A stretch of DNA of 64,000 nucleotides, taken from Gammaproteobacteria bacterium (GTDB lineage: Bacteria > Pseudomonadota > Gammaproteobacteria > Pseudomonadales > Azotimanducaceae). The DNA is taken from NCBI GenBank assembly GCA_048571035.1, contig CP121329.1, positions 2,978,455-3,042,454 of the forward strand. Direction: 5' to 3'. Below the pieces are notes generated by a model, which had not been told where the DNA came from, searched no databases, and saw only the letters and a list, made by a program, of their open reading frames with translations. The first letter of the stretch is position 1; each line of letters opens with the position of its first letter. Shown one piece after another: positions 9,605 through 20,805 of the stretch. A program made the position numbers and the translations under genes.

Positions 9605-11068
9605 TCAGCCACCAAGCTTTAACAAGTTCATAAACTCTCTGCGATTTTTAGGGCCGTAAGTCTTGAAATGTGGATTAGCAACGGGCTGATAAGCAAGGCG
9701 GTCCTGAGCGACACGGTCCTGGTTAAAATGACCGGCTATTTCCAGATCAGAGATGCCGTACAGAGGCGCGGCGTTCAATCCGAACACCTGCGCGCGCATT
9801 TGCGGTGTGATCAAGCTGTAATCGTGTTTGTTGCGTAAAGACTCAGATATCTGAAAGGTCTGAAAAGCTTGAATCTGGTCCTGGGGTGAGCCGTACCAGA
9901 TGGAATCGGTACCCCACAAGACCTGGTCGCTGCCCAGATACTTAAACAATTTGCCGAGACTATGGGCCGCACTGTCCGGGTCGCGCATCAGGATGCGCCA
10001 GGTGGAGCCAAGCTCCGCGTAAACGTTCCCCTGCTCAGCCACGTCGTTTTCAAGCACACTTTTAATCAACGAATCGATGCCTTCATTTCGGTTGGGGTTG
10101 TAGGGTCCTTCAGGCTGGTCAGCTACATACCCCGAGTGGTACACCAGAAAATTCATATCCGGGTTTTGCTTTGCCGCGGGTCCGATATCATCGCACAGGG
10201 AGTGTTCATAAGACTGCGGACCGAAAGGCAGGCCTTTGTGCACACATATGTTCTTCACACCCAGTTTGCGAGCCTTTTCGATAAACGCCTGACCGGCATC
10301 GTCCATGAAAGAAAAGCCTTTACCGTCTGGACCCCATTGTGTGTAGGTTTTCCATGCCGATACTTTCCAGTGTTCGGCAAGCTCGTCCATACCTTCGAGA
10401 TCGCCATCCTGGTTAGGATTCACGCGGCCATGCACAAGCAGGCGTTTGGTACCGTCCAGGCGGGCCACAATGTCCCGTGTTGCGTGCGCCTCTTCGATAG
10501 TCAGGGGCTCTGCTGCTCTGGTCGAGGGAACAAACGACAACACCATAATGTCGGTGTCTGAATCAAGAAACACGTCTTTGACGAATTCATCTGAATCCAG
10601 GCAGTTTAAATAGCTTCGATCGCCGGCCAGTGACCCCAGATCACATGAGGCCTTCGGTAAGCCGCTGAGGGGCCTCGCCGCGGCGGGGATGTCTTTAAGC
10701 CATGCGCCTTCCGGATTAACAAAATGGCCCTGCACGTCAAGGATGAATCCAGGTTTGCTGAATGTCGCTTGGGCTTCGTTGACATCGAATGCTGCGGTTT
10801 TTTCCACATCGTAAAAGCCACCCGTTCTGCCAGCAGCTGCATAAGCAGAGTTAAAAGCCAGCAGCGTTGCCGCAGCGCCAGATGCAGACACTAAAAACTG
10901 TCTTCGCCCCACGCCGGTCTGTTTTGCATTGCGGGTTGCGCTTTGCAGCGCAAGTTCGTTCGCCAGCCTGTGCTCCTCGCGCAGCACCAGTGGCAGGTAC
11001 TCGCCATTGGATGTTGAATCCAGCTTGATGGGTAGGCGGGTACCTTCTGCGTCTTCATTGTCCAACAT
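9605..11068 (-). CDS. Amidohydrolase family protein with an internal twin-arginine-like motif
   Basis: LDVQGH, VHKGLP, VYHSG, LWGTDSIW; GRRQFLVSASGAAATLLAFN near residue 55. Confidence 0.8.
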   Translation of the reverse strand: MLDNEDAEGTRLPIKLDSTSNGEYLPLVLREEHRLANELALQSATRNAKQTGVGRRQFLVSASGAAATLLAFNSAYAAAGRTGGFYDVEKTAAFDVNEAQATFSKPGFILDVQGHFVNPEGAWLKDIPAAARPLSGLPKASCDLGSLAGDRSYLNCLDSDEFVKDVFLDSDTDIMVLSFVPSTRAAEPLTIEEAHATRDIVARLDGTKRLLVHGRVNPNQDGDLEGMDELAEHWKVSAWKTYTQWGPDGKGFSFMDDAGQAFIEKARKLGVKNICVHKGLPFGPQSYEHSLCDDIGPAAKQNPDMNFLVYHSGYVADQPEGPYNPNRNEGIDSLIKSVLENDVAEQGNVYAELGSTWRILMRDPDSAAHSLGKLFKYLGSDQVLWGTDSIWYGSPQDQIQAFQTFQISESLRNKHDYSLITPQMRAQVFGLNAAPLYGISDLEIAGHFNQDRVAQDRLAYQPVANPHFKTYGPKNRREFMNLLKLGG

Positions 11069-11260
11069 AGTACGGCTCCAGAAGTAAGCGTCTCAGCATA
11101 GGTGAACGTTTCGTGGCCAACAAGCAGGCTTAAACGTTCTAACCTCGGCGAACAGGGGGATTGCACAATCCCCAGATGTCCGCGAGCATGCAGAAATGCC
11201 AGACGATGAAGTCATCATCAGGTTTAAACAAAGCTGATTGGAAAAAGGAACGCCAACAAC

Positions 11261-12088
11261 ATGACACAGTGGATGAAGTCAGGAAACAACGCGGTGATTA
11301 CCGGCGGTGCCAGTGGTATCGGTTTAGCAGCTGCCAGGAGATTTCTGGCCGCAGACATGCAGGTCCTCATTTCCGATATTGATGAAGAAGCGCTGCATCA
11401 AGCCAGTAAGGATCTGGGTGGGCAGGTTCTTTCCCATGTATGTGACGTTTCCCAATACGACGATGTTCAAGCCCTGCAGAAGTACGCTGCTGAACACATG
11501 GGGGTTACCCATTGCCTGATGAACAATGCAGGGGCAGGCGTGAGAACGCCTTCACCCTGGAAAGAACTTGAAAGCTGGAAGAAGCAGATAGACATTAATC
11601 TATGGGGAATTGTTCATGGTTGTCATGCTTTCCTTCCGTCCATGTTGGATGCGCAACTCAGATGTGCAGTTATCAATACGGGCTCTAAGCAAGGCATCAC
11701 CAACCCGCCGGGTAACTACGCCTACAATATGTCGAAATCAGCAGTAAAGGCCTATACAGAAAGCGTTGCGCATGCGCTAAGGCAGGAAGAAGACTGCAAA
11801 GTCACCGCACATTTGCTGATTCCGGGTTTTACTTATACAGGCATGATTGCGCGATTTTTGCCAGAGAAACCGGCGGGCGCCTGGCTGCCTGAGCAGGCGA
11901 TCGACTATATGTTGTCTGCCCTTGAGCGCGATGCTTTTTACATCCTCTGCCCTGACAACGACACACCAAGGGAGCTGGATGAGAAACGTATTCAATGGGG
12001 TGTGGATGACCTTATACAGGATCGTTCAGCTTTATCTCGCTGGGACCCTGCGTATAAGGATGCGTATGATGCGTTTCTGGCGAAATGA
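11261..12088 (+). CDS. Short-chain dehydrogenase/reductase
   Basis: TGGASGIG, NNAG, NTGS, YNMSK. Confidence 0.92.
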   Translation: MTQWMKSGNNAVITGGASGIGLAAARRFLAADMQVLISDIDEEALHQASKDLGGQVLSHVCDVSQYDDVQALQKYAAEHMGVTHCLMNNAGAGVRTPSPWKELESWKKQIDINLWGIVHGCHAFLPSMLDAQLRCAVINTGSKQGITNPPGNYAYNMSKSAVKAYTESVAHALRQEEDCKVTAHLLIPGFTYTGMIARFLPEKPAGAWLPEQAIDYMLSALERDAFYILCPDNDTPRELDEKRIQWGVDDLIQDRSALSRWDPAYKDAYDAFLAK

Positions 12089-12927
12089 GTAAACCCATGC
12101 TTCAACACCACTTACTAACGGTCTTTACCCTGCTGCTTTTTACCGTCGGCTTGATCGGCTGTACCAGCATGGCGCCAAGCGAAACACAGCAACAGATTCC
12201 CGAGATCGCACCTGGGGTACTGATGGGCTATACACCGATGGATGATCCCATGCTCAGTAAAGCCTTTGTTCTGCCGGCTCCTGCGCCAGACTCTCCTCGA
12301 CAGGTGATGGATGAAGCCGTCGCGGAAGAGATGCTTGCACTTAGAGGTACGCCTAGGTGGGCGCTGGCAACCCAGGATGCGCACCTGCGGTTTCCGGATG
12401 CTGCCGAGACTTTTACCTGCGCGCTGGGCCTGCCCATTACGCAGGAAGATACACCAGAGTTATACATGTTGCTGCGCAGAACCCTGGCAGACCTGGGCCT
12501 GGCTGCTTACTCAGCGAAAAACGCTTACCAGCGTGAGCGGCCATTTATGATAAACGGGCAGCCGATCTGCACGCCTGAGGAGGAAACGATGTTGCGTGAA
12601 GATGGTTCCTATCCGTCAGGCCATACCGCAATTGGCTGGGGCTGGGCTCTGATCCTTTCGGAACTTGCGCCGGACCGCGCTGAAGCCCTTTTGAACCGTG
12701 GTCGCGCTTACGGTGAGAGTCGCAACGTTTGTAATGTTCATTGGCGCAGCGACGTCGATGCCGGACGCCTGGTTGGTGCGGCAGCCGTTGCTCGTTTGCA
12801 TACAAACGACGCCTTTCTCAAGGCCATGTCAGCCGCGCGGACGGAAATTGCAAACCTGAAAGACAAAACCCCTGCGCCGGAGTTTGACTGTGCTTTGGAG
12901 TTACAGGTGCTGGGTGCAACTGAATGA
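12085..12927 (+). CDS. Class A non-specific acid phosphatase (PAP2), lipoprotein
   Basis: KNAYQRERP, SYPSGH, SRNVCNVHWRSDV motifs; LIGC lipobox. Confidence 0.9.
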   Translation: MSKPMLQHHLLTVFTLLLFTVGLIGCTSMAPSETQQQIPEIAPGVLMGYTPMDDPMLSKAFVLPAPAPDSPRQVMDEAVAEEMLALRGTPRWALATQDAHLRFPDAAETFTCALGLPITQEDTPELYMLLRRTLADLGLAAYSAKNAYQRERPFMINGQPICTPEEETMLREDGSYPSGHTAIGWGWALILSELAPDRAEALLNRGRAYGESRNVCNVHWRSDVDAGRLVGAAAVARLHTNDAFLKAMSAARTEIANLKDKTPAPEFDCALELQVLGATE

Positions 12928-13033
12928 AATCCGGCAAGATGCTTTACGGACAATGCTTGAATTGCGGATCTGAGTCTCACTTATTCAGCCCCCTTTGTCT
13001 TAAGATCCGCGTGTATTTAAGACAAGAGAGATC

Positions 13034-13570
13034 ATGGATATGAGCAAAAATAGACTGTTGATCGCGTGCGCGTTAGGGCTGTTTATGAGCTTCCCAACAA
13101 CAGCGTTTGCTGGTTCTGAAAGTGGCTTCTATCTTGGCGCGGGTCTGGGCCAGACTGATGTGGAGATCAGCGATTTTGATGAAAGTGATTCTGCTTACAA
13201 AATCTTTGGTGGTTACAATTTTGGTGTTGTGCCTTTGATCGACCTCGCTGTTGAGGCATCTTATGTCGATTTTGGTAATCCGGAATCAGGACCGTTGGGT
13301 GTTGAGCTGACCGCGCTTAACGCATTTGGGCTGGCGGGTTTCAAGGTAGGACCAATAGGTCTTTTTGCCAAAGCCGGTATGGTTGCCTGGGATGCAGAGC
13401 TATCTGTTGGTGCGTTCCGGGAAGATGAAAACGGCACAGACTTTGCCTACGGTGCCGGCGCAAGGTTCCAGATTGGCTCGTTTGCCATTCGAGCTGAATA
13501 CGAGGTTTATGAAGTCAGCGATGTCAGGGACCTTTCGATGGCTTCTGCCAGTCTGGTTTACACTTTCTAG
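13034..13570 (+). CDS. OmpA-like outer-membrane beta-barrel protein
   Basis: Signal peptide, GFYLGAGLG, AIRAEYE, terminal YTF. Confidence 0.85.
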   Translation: MDMSKNRLLIACALGLFMSFPTTAFAGSESGFYLGAGLGQTDVEISDFDESDSAYKIFGGYNFGVVPLIDLAVEASYVDFGNPESGPLGVELTALNAFGLAGFKVGPIGLFAKAGMVAWDAELSVGAFREDENGTDFAYGAGARFQIGSFAIRAEYEVYEVSDVRDLSMASASLVYTF

Positions 13571-13603
13571 CGTGATGCGCGCAAAAAGAAACGGTCGAGT
13601 CTT

Positions 13604-14734
13604 TTGAAGCGCGCTGCGAAATATGCAGGCATAACACTTCTGTTGGTGATTGCGATGCTTGCGATTTTGATGATTCCACCGGAGCATGTTCCGGTGGGTG
13701 ATCAAAGTACGCAATGGTATGCAGAAGGATCGCACGGTGTTATCGAGACGGTCGTAGAGTTTGAGGACAGTAGCCGCCCAACCGCAGCATATAAAGATTA
13801 CCCAGGTTCTGATTCTCGATCAATGACAGGCCGGATCTGGCAGCCGGAATCACAAACGCCGGCACCCCTGGTGTTCTATAGCCACGGATTCATGTCGTCT
13901 CACAGTGAAGGTGAATACATTGGCCGTTTCCTGGCTACACATGGCTATATCACTGTTGCCGTAGACTTTCCGCTGACTGGCGCAAGTGCGCCGGCAGGAC
14001 CATTGGTCACCGATGTTATCAACCAGCCGCAGGATGTGTCATTCGTGCTTGACCAACTGCTGGTGCGAAATCGTGACCAGGATGATCCTATGTATGGAAG
14101 GATTGATCCGCTGCGTGTTGCTGCAGTGGGTTTGTCACTGGGTGGTTTGACAACCGAGCTGGTCGCATTTCACAGTCAACTTAGAGACCCGCGGATTCGA
14201 GCCGCCGCATCAATAGCTGGTCCAACGGCTAACATGACCCGAGGTTTTTTTACCAGCCGGGTGCTTCCTTTCCTGATGCTGGCAGGCAGCTCTGATCAGA
14301 TAGTGCCCTATATTGGAAACGCACTACCCATTCTGAATAAAGCGCCTGGCGCGACCCTTGTTACACTTGATGCCGCGAGCCATGCAGGATTTGCAGCTCA
14401 AGCCGCTGGAGTTTTCCGGTTTGCAAATCACCCTGATGAGTGGGTTTGCCCCAGCCTGGTCAGTAATCTCGAAAATGGAGGCGAGCAACCGCTGTTCCAG
14501 GATGATCCTGAAGCAGGCCTTGTGTCCCGAACTGGTGTATTGCCTTGTCAAACAGATAAATTTGAAAGAGCAATGCGTCCGGCTGAACAGGTCACCTTCA
14601 TGCGTCTTGTCATTTACAGTTTCCTTGAGGCTGAGCTGGCAGACTCGGACGACCGTCGCAAGTCGGCAAAACACTTTCTAATGGAGGTGTTACCGGCGGA
14701 AAATCCGGAAGTAAAGGTCGCAGTCTCAACCTAG
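13604..14734 (+). CDS. Secreted or membrane-anchored alpha/beta hydrolase (PAF-acetylhydrolase/chlorophyllase-like)
   Basis: YSHG, GLSLGG nucleophile elbow, SSDQIV, ASHAGF. Confidence 0.85.
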   Translation: MKRAAKYAGITLLLVIAMLAILMIPPEHVPVGDQSTQWYAEGSHGVIETVVEFEDSSRPTAAYKDYPGSDSRSMTGRIWQPESQTPAPLVFYSHGFMSSHSEGEYIGRFLATHGYITVAVDFPLTGASAPAGPLVTDVINQPQDVSFVLDQLLVRNRDQDDPMYGRIDPLRVAAVGLSLGGLTTELVAFHSQLRDPRIRAAASIAGPTANMTRGFFTSRVLPFLMLAGSSDQIVPYIGNALPILNKAPGATLVTLDAASHAGFAAQAAGVFRFANHPDEWVCPSLVSNLENGGEQPLFQDDPEAGLVSRTGVLPCQTDKFERAMRPAEQVTFMRLVIYSFLEAELADSDDRRKSAKHFLMEVLPAENPEVKVAVST

Positions 14735-15116
14735 AGGCGTGACCGGCAGGTCGGCTTCCCAGTTGATCTAACAATTTCTTACCATGATAAATATTATGAC
14801 TTGCTGTTGACTTCTCTCAGTAGATTCGTTTTATATACAGGTAAGTGCTGAATCGGATCAAACAGTTGATCCAGCGTACGCCGTGTGCTGAGGGGCCACA
14901 AATGCTGCGTTTCAGCTACTGCAGGAGGGGAGAGACGTGGGTTGTAGAGGCTACGCTGATCTAACGCTTTCTGGCGTAAGCCTGTTACTTTTTCAATGTT
15001 TTGAGCATAAGCCTCAAGACCTTGAGCCTGCTGGTCGTATCTGTCCTCAATTGGTGTAGTTAGTTACTACATTTTCACGCCAAGACCAATTAGTCGCGGC
15101 AAAGGGGAGAGGGTTA

Positions 15117-18100
15117 ATGACTGTTTCACTGCGTGATGCACATGTCATCGCTATTGTTTTCTGTGTAAGCATACTAATTCCGTTGGCGTTTCAGCCTGTC
15201 TACGCCGAGTCAGCTGAAGGTAGGAGAATCGAAGAAGTGGTGGTCACCGCGGAACGGCGGGAATCCACCGTATCTGATACCGCTATTTCAATATCAGCTT
15301 TTGACGAAAAATTTCTTGATGATTTCAATATAAGAAATCAGGAAGACCTGCAGAACTATATTCCAGCCACAACCATACAGCCCTACGACGCCGCCATCCG
15401 TGGTGTTGGGCGCACCGCCAGAACTTTAGGTGGTGATCCTGGTGTGGCCACTTATTTCAACGGTGTTTACTCGGAGGATTTCGGTATCGCCTCCACTGAA
15501 GGTGGTTTAAAAGATCTCGAGCGCGTGGAAGTTTTACGGGGGCCTCAGGGCACTTTGTATGGCCGCAATGCGGTAGGAGGTGCGATCAACTTCGTCTCCA
15601 AACGTCCCAGCCTGGAAGAATTTGAAGGTGAAGTAGCCGCAACCTTTGGCAACTACGATACCCGTGAGGTGTTCTATATGTTGTCTGGTCCGGTGATAAA
15701 AGACAAGCTGGCGCTGCGCTTCTCCGGCACAGATCGCCATCGCGATGGCTACATCGAAGAGACGTCCGGTCAGGGTAAAGACATCAACAACTATGGCGAT
15801 GAAAACTACACACTCTCCCTGAACTGGACGCCGACAGATCGGATATCTATTTACGCTCGCGGCAACGAACGCAGTTATCGACGCCGCTTTAATGGTGGTG
15901 CAGGCACCATGCCGATCATCGTTGCGGAAAATGGTATACAGGACAGAGACACAACCAGCCTCACTTTTGGTAAGAGAGTTATTGACAGATCTCAAACCAC
16001 AAATGCCTGGCAGTCTGACTTTTTTGATCCGACGATGGAGGTTTTTTCTTTCACCAACCCGGTAACCGGGGCAATAGTGGAAGCACAGAATGTGCGGGCC
16101 GGTGTAGATATCCGCTCTTCTCTGACTGCAGTTGCGGGTATCAATCCGGATGGATCCATTATTTACGGGAAGTCTGACCCCACTGCGTCTTCGACTTCTC
16201 CCAACTACGCCCTTGGTCTGCCGCGGAATCGGGTGCATGTTGCTGACCGGGACGACCTGACGGAAAGTGACCTCAAGATAGACAGTAATGGCCAGTACGA
16301 TGAGTTTTTTGATCAGCAGGCACTGCAGTTCAACTTCATTTATACGGCGGATAACTGGGAGCTCAAGTATCTAGCCGGATACACAGATTTTTTCTATGAC
16401 CGCAATACCGATGAAGATAAAACGGGAAATCTGCGCTTAGGCAGTTCAGATTTTTATGTACTACAGGAGAATGAAAACTGGCAGCATGAACTGCAGCTGA
16501 CATTCGATACTGAGAACCTCTCAGTCACAACTGGATTGTTTGTTTACGACTCCACCATCAATCAGCGTCTTGATCTGTATGACCCTTTTGATACTCAGGG
16601 TCGTTATCAAGCCGATGCAGATTATTCTGGTCTTACTGGTGGAATTGATGAGTTTGGTGCGGTGTTGGCTCTGCTGGGCGGGCAGTCGACCCCGTTGCTG
16701 GACATTTATGATGCGCAGGAAGCATTTGAAGCTGGCACGCCGCTTGCCGCTAACGGCAGCGTTACGCTGTTCGCGCCCTGGTTTGGGGACACGGGCACAG
16801 GCCTGCGCGGCGCACGAAACGATGGCAAAAGCACTGCGGGAACTTTCTTTGCCTGGGATAACGACATCGATACTCGAGCTTACGCAGCGTACGCTCAGGC
16901 CGAATACGATTTTTCAGAGAAGTGGGCCATCACAATGGGTGTGCGTTACGCGCGTGACGAAAAAGAGGCCAGAGAACGCTTGATCGGTATCCAGGAATCT
17001 TTAGGTTTAACTGCTTTTGCCCTGTTTGATGCGGCAGTATATTTGCCGGTGCACCCACTTTCAGTGGTGGTGCTCAGGACTATATTGACAACAATCCCGA
17101 CGGTTTTGCCGCTTGTGGATCCGGCGCCAACCTTCTGTGTTTGTATAACGCTGTCAGCGGTGCGATTGACCCGACAGGTGCTACAACCGACGGGGGTATT
17201 CAGATAGGTGACCAGGGCACAAACCCAGGCGAAACAGCGGTTCGATTCTCAGGCGTACCGATCGCTTTTAATATTTATCGACCTTTAGAGAACGACTGGG
17301 ATGTCTGGACCTGGCGTGCCAATCTTGATTACGAGCCCACACCAGATACGCTGCTGTATTTTTCGGTGACGACGGGCTGGCGTTCAGGCGGCTATAACCT
17401 GGGATTCTTTTCAACGGCGACACCGGAATATGATGAAGAAAACATTATTGCCTATGAGTTGGGCTACAAAGGTACATTGTTAGACGGCCGCCTGCAGTTG
17501 AACACCTCTGTATTCATGTATCAGTACGATGATATTCATACCATTATCTCTCAATCCGGTGGTTTGCTTGGTGTCAGCACTAACGTTGTTAATGCTCCGG
17601 AAGCGCGTACCTATGGCTGGGAAGGCGACGTGCTGTTTCTGCTGGGCGACAGATTTACCATTGGCGGTAACTGGAGTTATACAAACGCAGAGTTCACTCA
17701 GGACTTTGCAGTTGTCGACGTGAATAACCCCGAAATACCAGGGTCGATTTTTACCGCCGCAGAGCAGACCGTCAGTGGCTTTGATGGCAGCAGCCTGCCA
17801 AAAATACCTGAGTGGAAATTCACCCTCTGGGGTAACTATTCAATTCCGCTGGGCGACTCTGGCAACCTGGATTTCTTTTCCACCGTGGGTTATACGGACG
17901 ACTTTTTCTTTGCGGCGCCATTTGAACGGGAGCTGGATCGAGCACCCAGTTTTACTCGCTGGGATGCACGCGCGGTTTGGACCAGTGCAGCGGGTAATTG
18001 GGAAGTATCTGCGTTTGTTAACAATATAACTGGGGAGTTGGGGGTCCGTTCGTTAGAAACTGAAGGCGGTGAAGAGTGGAACTTCCTGCGTACTGCTACA

Positions 18101-18160
18101 ACAACTGATCCACGTGTGTACGGTCTGGGTTTGCGATATTCGTTCGGTCGACAAAGGTAA
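15117..18160 (+). pseudogene. TonB-dependent receptor split by a single frameshift near 17030-17042
   Basis: N-terminal IEEVVVTAERR and EVLRGPQGTLYGRNAVGG; second frame is open from 17030 to 18160 and carries GWRSGGYN and C-terminal barrel strands. Confidence 0.85.
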
Positions 18161-18166
18161 GCTGTA

Positions 18167-18742
18167 TTATTTTGCAAACTGATCGGTTGAGTGGTGCGGA
18201 GCTGTATGATCAACGTAAATCAGCTGATCAGTTGGAAAATTGAGGCTACTGGCCCTGTTAATCAACGATGACAGGGTCGTTGAGTCGAGTTGGGGGGAAC
18301 GGGATAATATCCATAAGTACCCCCGATCAGCGCCTGCAACTAACGCGTACTGATAGTCGTCTTCGTCTAATTCAATGATGTTGTAGCCGCCATAAAAAGG
18401 GCCGAAAAAGGATACTTTCAAACGGCCGACGTCTGTCTCCCCAACAAAGTAAGCCTTTCCCGTCACCTCTTGCCACTCACTTTTGTCGACTCTGAAGCCG
18501 CGGTTGACCACACTCACGCTACCGTCCTCCCGCATGCTGTAGGTTGCGGTCACGTTTGAGAGGCCCCGTTCAAAACGATGATCGAGTCGGGCGACTTCGT
18601 ACCATTGGCCGAGGTAGCGATCCAGTTCGAACCCTTTCACAGCTACCGTACCATCGGGAATTCCCGCGCACCCACCCTGTAGCAACAGGCCAAGCAGGAT
18701 GGCTGTTACAAAGGAAAATTTTCGTTCAGTTCCAAGTTTCAT
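18167..18742 (-). CDS. blc: Bacterial lipocalin (lipoprotein)
   Basis: FELDRYLGQWYEVARLDHRFERG, LKVSFFGPFYGGY, YLWILSR. Confidence 0.93.
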   Translation of the reverse strand: MKLGTERKFSFVTAILLGLLLQGGCAGIPDGTVAVKGFELDRYLGQWYEVARLDHRFERGLSNVTATYSMREDGSVSVVNRGFRVDKSEWQEVTGKAYFVGETDVGRLKVSFFGPFYGGYNIIELDEDDYQYALVAGADRGYLWILSRSPQLDSTTLSSLINRASSLNFPTDQLIYVDHTAPHHSTDQFAK

Positions 18743-18749
18743 GATGATC

Positions 18750-19850
18750 TCAAAATACGTAAGTTATGGCGGCGAAACCTTTGATCACGTGATCCTCGCT
18801 AACGATGGGGCTGTCAGTGATTTTGTCAGGCAGGAACTCGGCAGCGAGGTTGACAACGATCCGCCATTCTTCGGTGAGCTCAATAAAGGCGCCAAACCCC
18901 AGTTCGTAGCTGACTGAACTACCAGTGCTGTATTCTGGTCGCGCGAGTGTCGCGTCGCGTGCGGTTACACCAAAATCGTAGTTGGTGAGTTCATCACTTA
19001 GCCAGTTAACTTGTAGCTGGGGGACAAGACGCAACCAGCCGGCTTGAAAACCCTTCGATATACGAGCAGTTGCGCTTCCGCCACCAATTTTGTCAAGCGC
19101 GTCATATTCATAGTTGATGGCAAGATTTACCCCGCCTGGAATTTCGTAGCGAAATCCTAGTCCTGCCATTACGGTGCTGTCGCGATCACCCATCCCGGCA
19201 AGCGCCTGGCTGTCGTCTTCCTCATAAACGCCAATGCGATAGGATGCTGATGCGGCCAGCCGCCACCGACCTGAGCCAACAATGCCATACTGAACATTCG
19301 GACCGAGCCACTGCAGACGTTCACCATTATAAGTTATTGCCGGAATTGGATTCAGCACGGTTGAGTCAGAGCCTGCGTACGGGCTGCTTCGACCGATGAC
19401 ACCAACACCAACGCCAATACGCCCGCGTTCGCCAAGTACTTTGTAGATCTCGATATCGATCGCTGTTGTTTCGTTCTCGGCAAGGCTGAAGCTGGCACGC
19501 TCGAACGTCGGCGGTCCCTTCGGGCGATAGTTATTCGAAATGCCGAGGGCTTCTCTCGGAATACCAATAAAGTTTTTGTCGATGAGGCCGTTATCGTTCT
19601 CGTCAACGTAGACCAGCACCGCTACCTCTCCTGCTGGAACATTCTCAATAAGATAGACGGCGTTCTGACGAACATCTGTGCGCATTTCTTTTACCGGGTC
19701 GCGAAAATCGCCGAATGCGCTGGGTGAGTTGTAGACCTGGAAGACAAGCGTGCCGCTGGCTGGTGCGCCTTTCACCGTCACAGAGAGGCCTGCGGCGTGG
19801 GCAAAAGGCAGGCAGGATAGAAGAATTATTGCAGTAATGAGTCGCATCAT
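18750..19850 (-). CDS. DUF2141-like domain fused to a MipA/OmpV beta-barrel
   Basis: VDENDNGLIDKNFIGIPREALGISNN and GPPTFERASF, then a MipA-like barrel ending YVF. Confidence 0.75.
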   Translation of the reverse strand: MMRLITAIILLSCLPFAHAAGLSVTVKGAPASGTLVFQVYNSPSAFGDFRDPVKEMRTDVRQNAVYLIENVPAGEVAVLVYVDENDNGLIDKNFIGIPREALGISNNYRPKGPPTFERASFSLAENETTAIDIEIYKVLGERGRIGVGVGVIGRSSPYAGSDSTVLNPIPAITYNGERLQWLGPNVQYGIVGSGRWRLAASASYRIGVYEEDDSQALAGMGDRDSTVMAGLGFRYEIPGGVNLAINYEYDALDKIGGGSATARISKGFQAGWLRLVPQLQVNWLSDELTNYDFGVTARDATLARPEYSTGSSVSYELGFGAFIELTEEWRIVVNLAAEFLPDKITDSPIVSEDHVIKGFAAITYVF

Positions 19851-19958
19851 TGTGAGTCCGAAGAGGTGGGTCCGGAAGGAAAGTGCGGCACACTAGCAGT
19901 GGCAGGTTGTAGGAGCAATGGATTGGAGTCTATCGTTCTACGATGCGGTTATTCCCTG

Positions 19959-20789
19959 CTAATCTTTATCTTCCACTTCGTAATACACTGAAATCATCCA
20001 GTCCTGATAGTTCTCGTCCAGCGCCTTGAACTGCGCAGTCAGTTCCTTCACAAAGGTCGTCTCGATCGGCTGACCGCGATTTGGCCAAAGTCGGAACTTC
20101 ATGCGCAGAAATTCTTTCCTCGAGTCTAATTCAAGGCGTCCGATAACAGACGGATTTGAGATGAGAATGCCGGGATATTGTTTGTAGATGCCATTCATGC
20201 GCTCCGTTGCGGCCGCAACCATTTGCTCGCGAAGTTCTGTGTCTCCAGTGAGTGTGACGTCGGCAATGCAGCGGATATAACCCTTCGGATAGTTAATAAC
20301 ATTGTTCACTGTACGGTTGGGTATAAACACGCGTGCGCCCAGTGCATTTTCAAGCTCAACGAAACGCATCGTGATGCCTTTCACTTTGCCGATCTGCCCG
20401 CTGATCTCCACCAGGTCGCCAACGTCGAATAAATCGGAAAAGATAAATGTCAGGCCTGTCACAACGTCCTGCACAACACCCTGAGAACCGAAACCCACCG
20501 CCAGACCAATAACCGAGGCACTGGCTAGATAAGCGGTCAGTGAAACGCCCAATTCCCGGAGGATCAGTCCGAGGGCAAAGAAATACACACAAAACACCAG
20601 CACGCTACTGGTCAGGGTGATGATCGAGCGAAGTTTCTGATGCCTTATCTTGCCGGGAGAACCTAAAAGCGCCGCGCCTCCGCGGATCAGAAAAACAATC
20701 AGGTGTGCCAGTGCTGAAAACGCAATAAAAGCCAACAGCCGCATTGGAGTCGATAAATCTGCGAGCAGTTGGTCTATAGAGTCAAACAT
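19959..20789 (-). CDS. Small-conductance mechanosensitive channel (MscS family)
   Basis: GLAVGFGSQGVVQDVVTG, FDVGDLVEI, FIPNRTV. Confidence 0.88.
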   Translation of the reverse strand: MFDSIDQLLADLSTPMRLLAFIAFSALAHLIVFLIRGGAALLGSPGKIRHQKLRSIITLTSSVLVFCVYFFALGLILRELGVSLTAYLASASVIGLAVGFGSQGVVQDVVTGLTFIFSDLFDVGDLVEISGQIGKVKGITMRFVELENALGARVFIPNRTVNNVINYPKGYIRCIADVTLTGDTELREQMVAAATERMNGIYKQYPGILISNPSVIGRLELDSRKEFLRMKFRLWPNRGQPIETTFVKELTAQFKALDENYQDWMISVYYEVEDKD

Positions 20790-20805
20790 GTAACAGTCAG
20801 GTCAC

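Noticed and set aside
14735-15116. Riboswitch in the long leader of the TonB receptor
   Set aside because: No recognisable cobalamin, TPP or other conserved motif by eye; an Rfam scan would be needed
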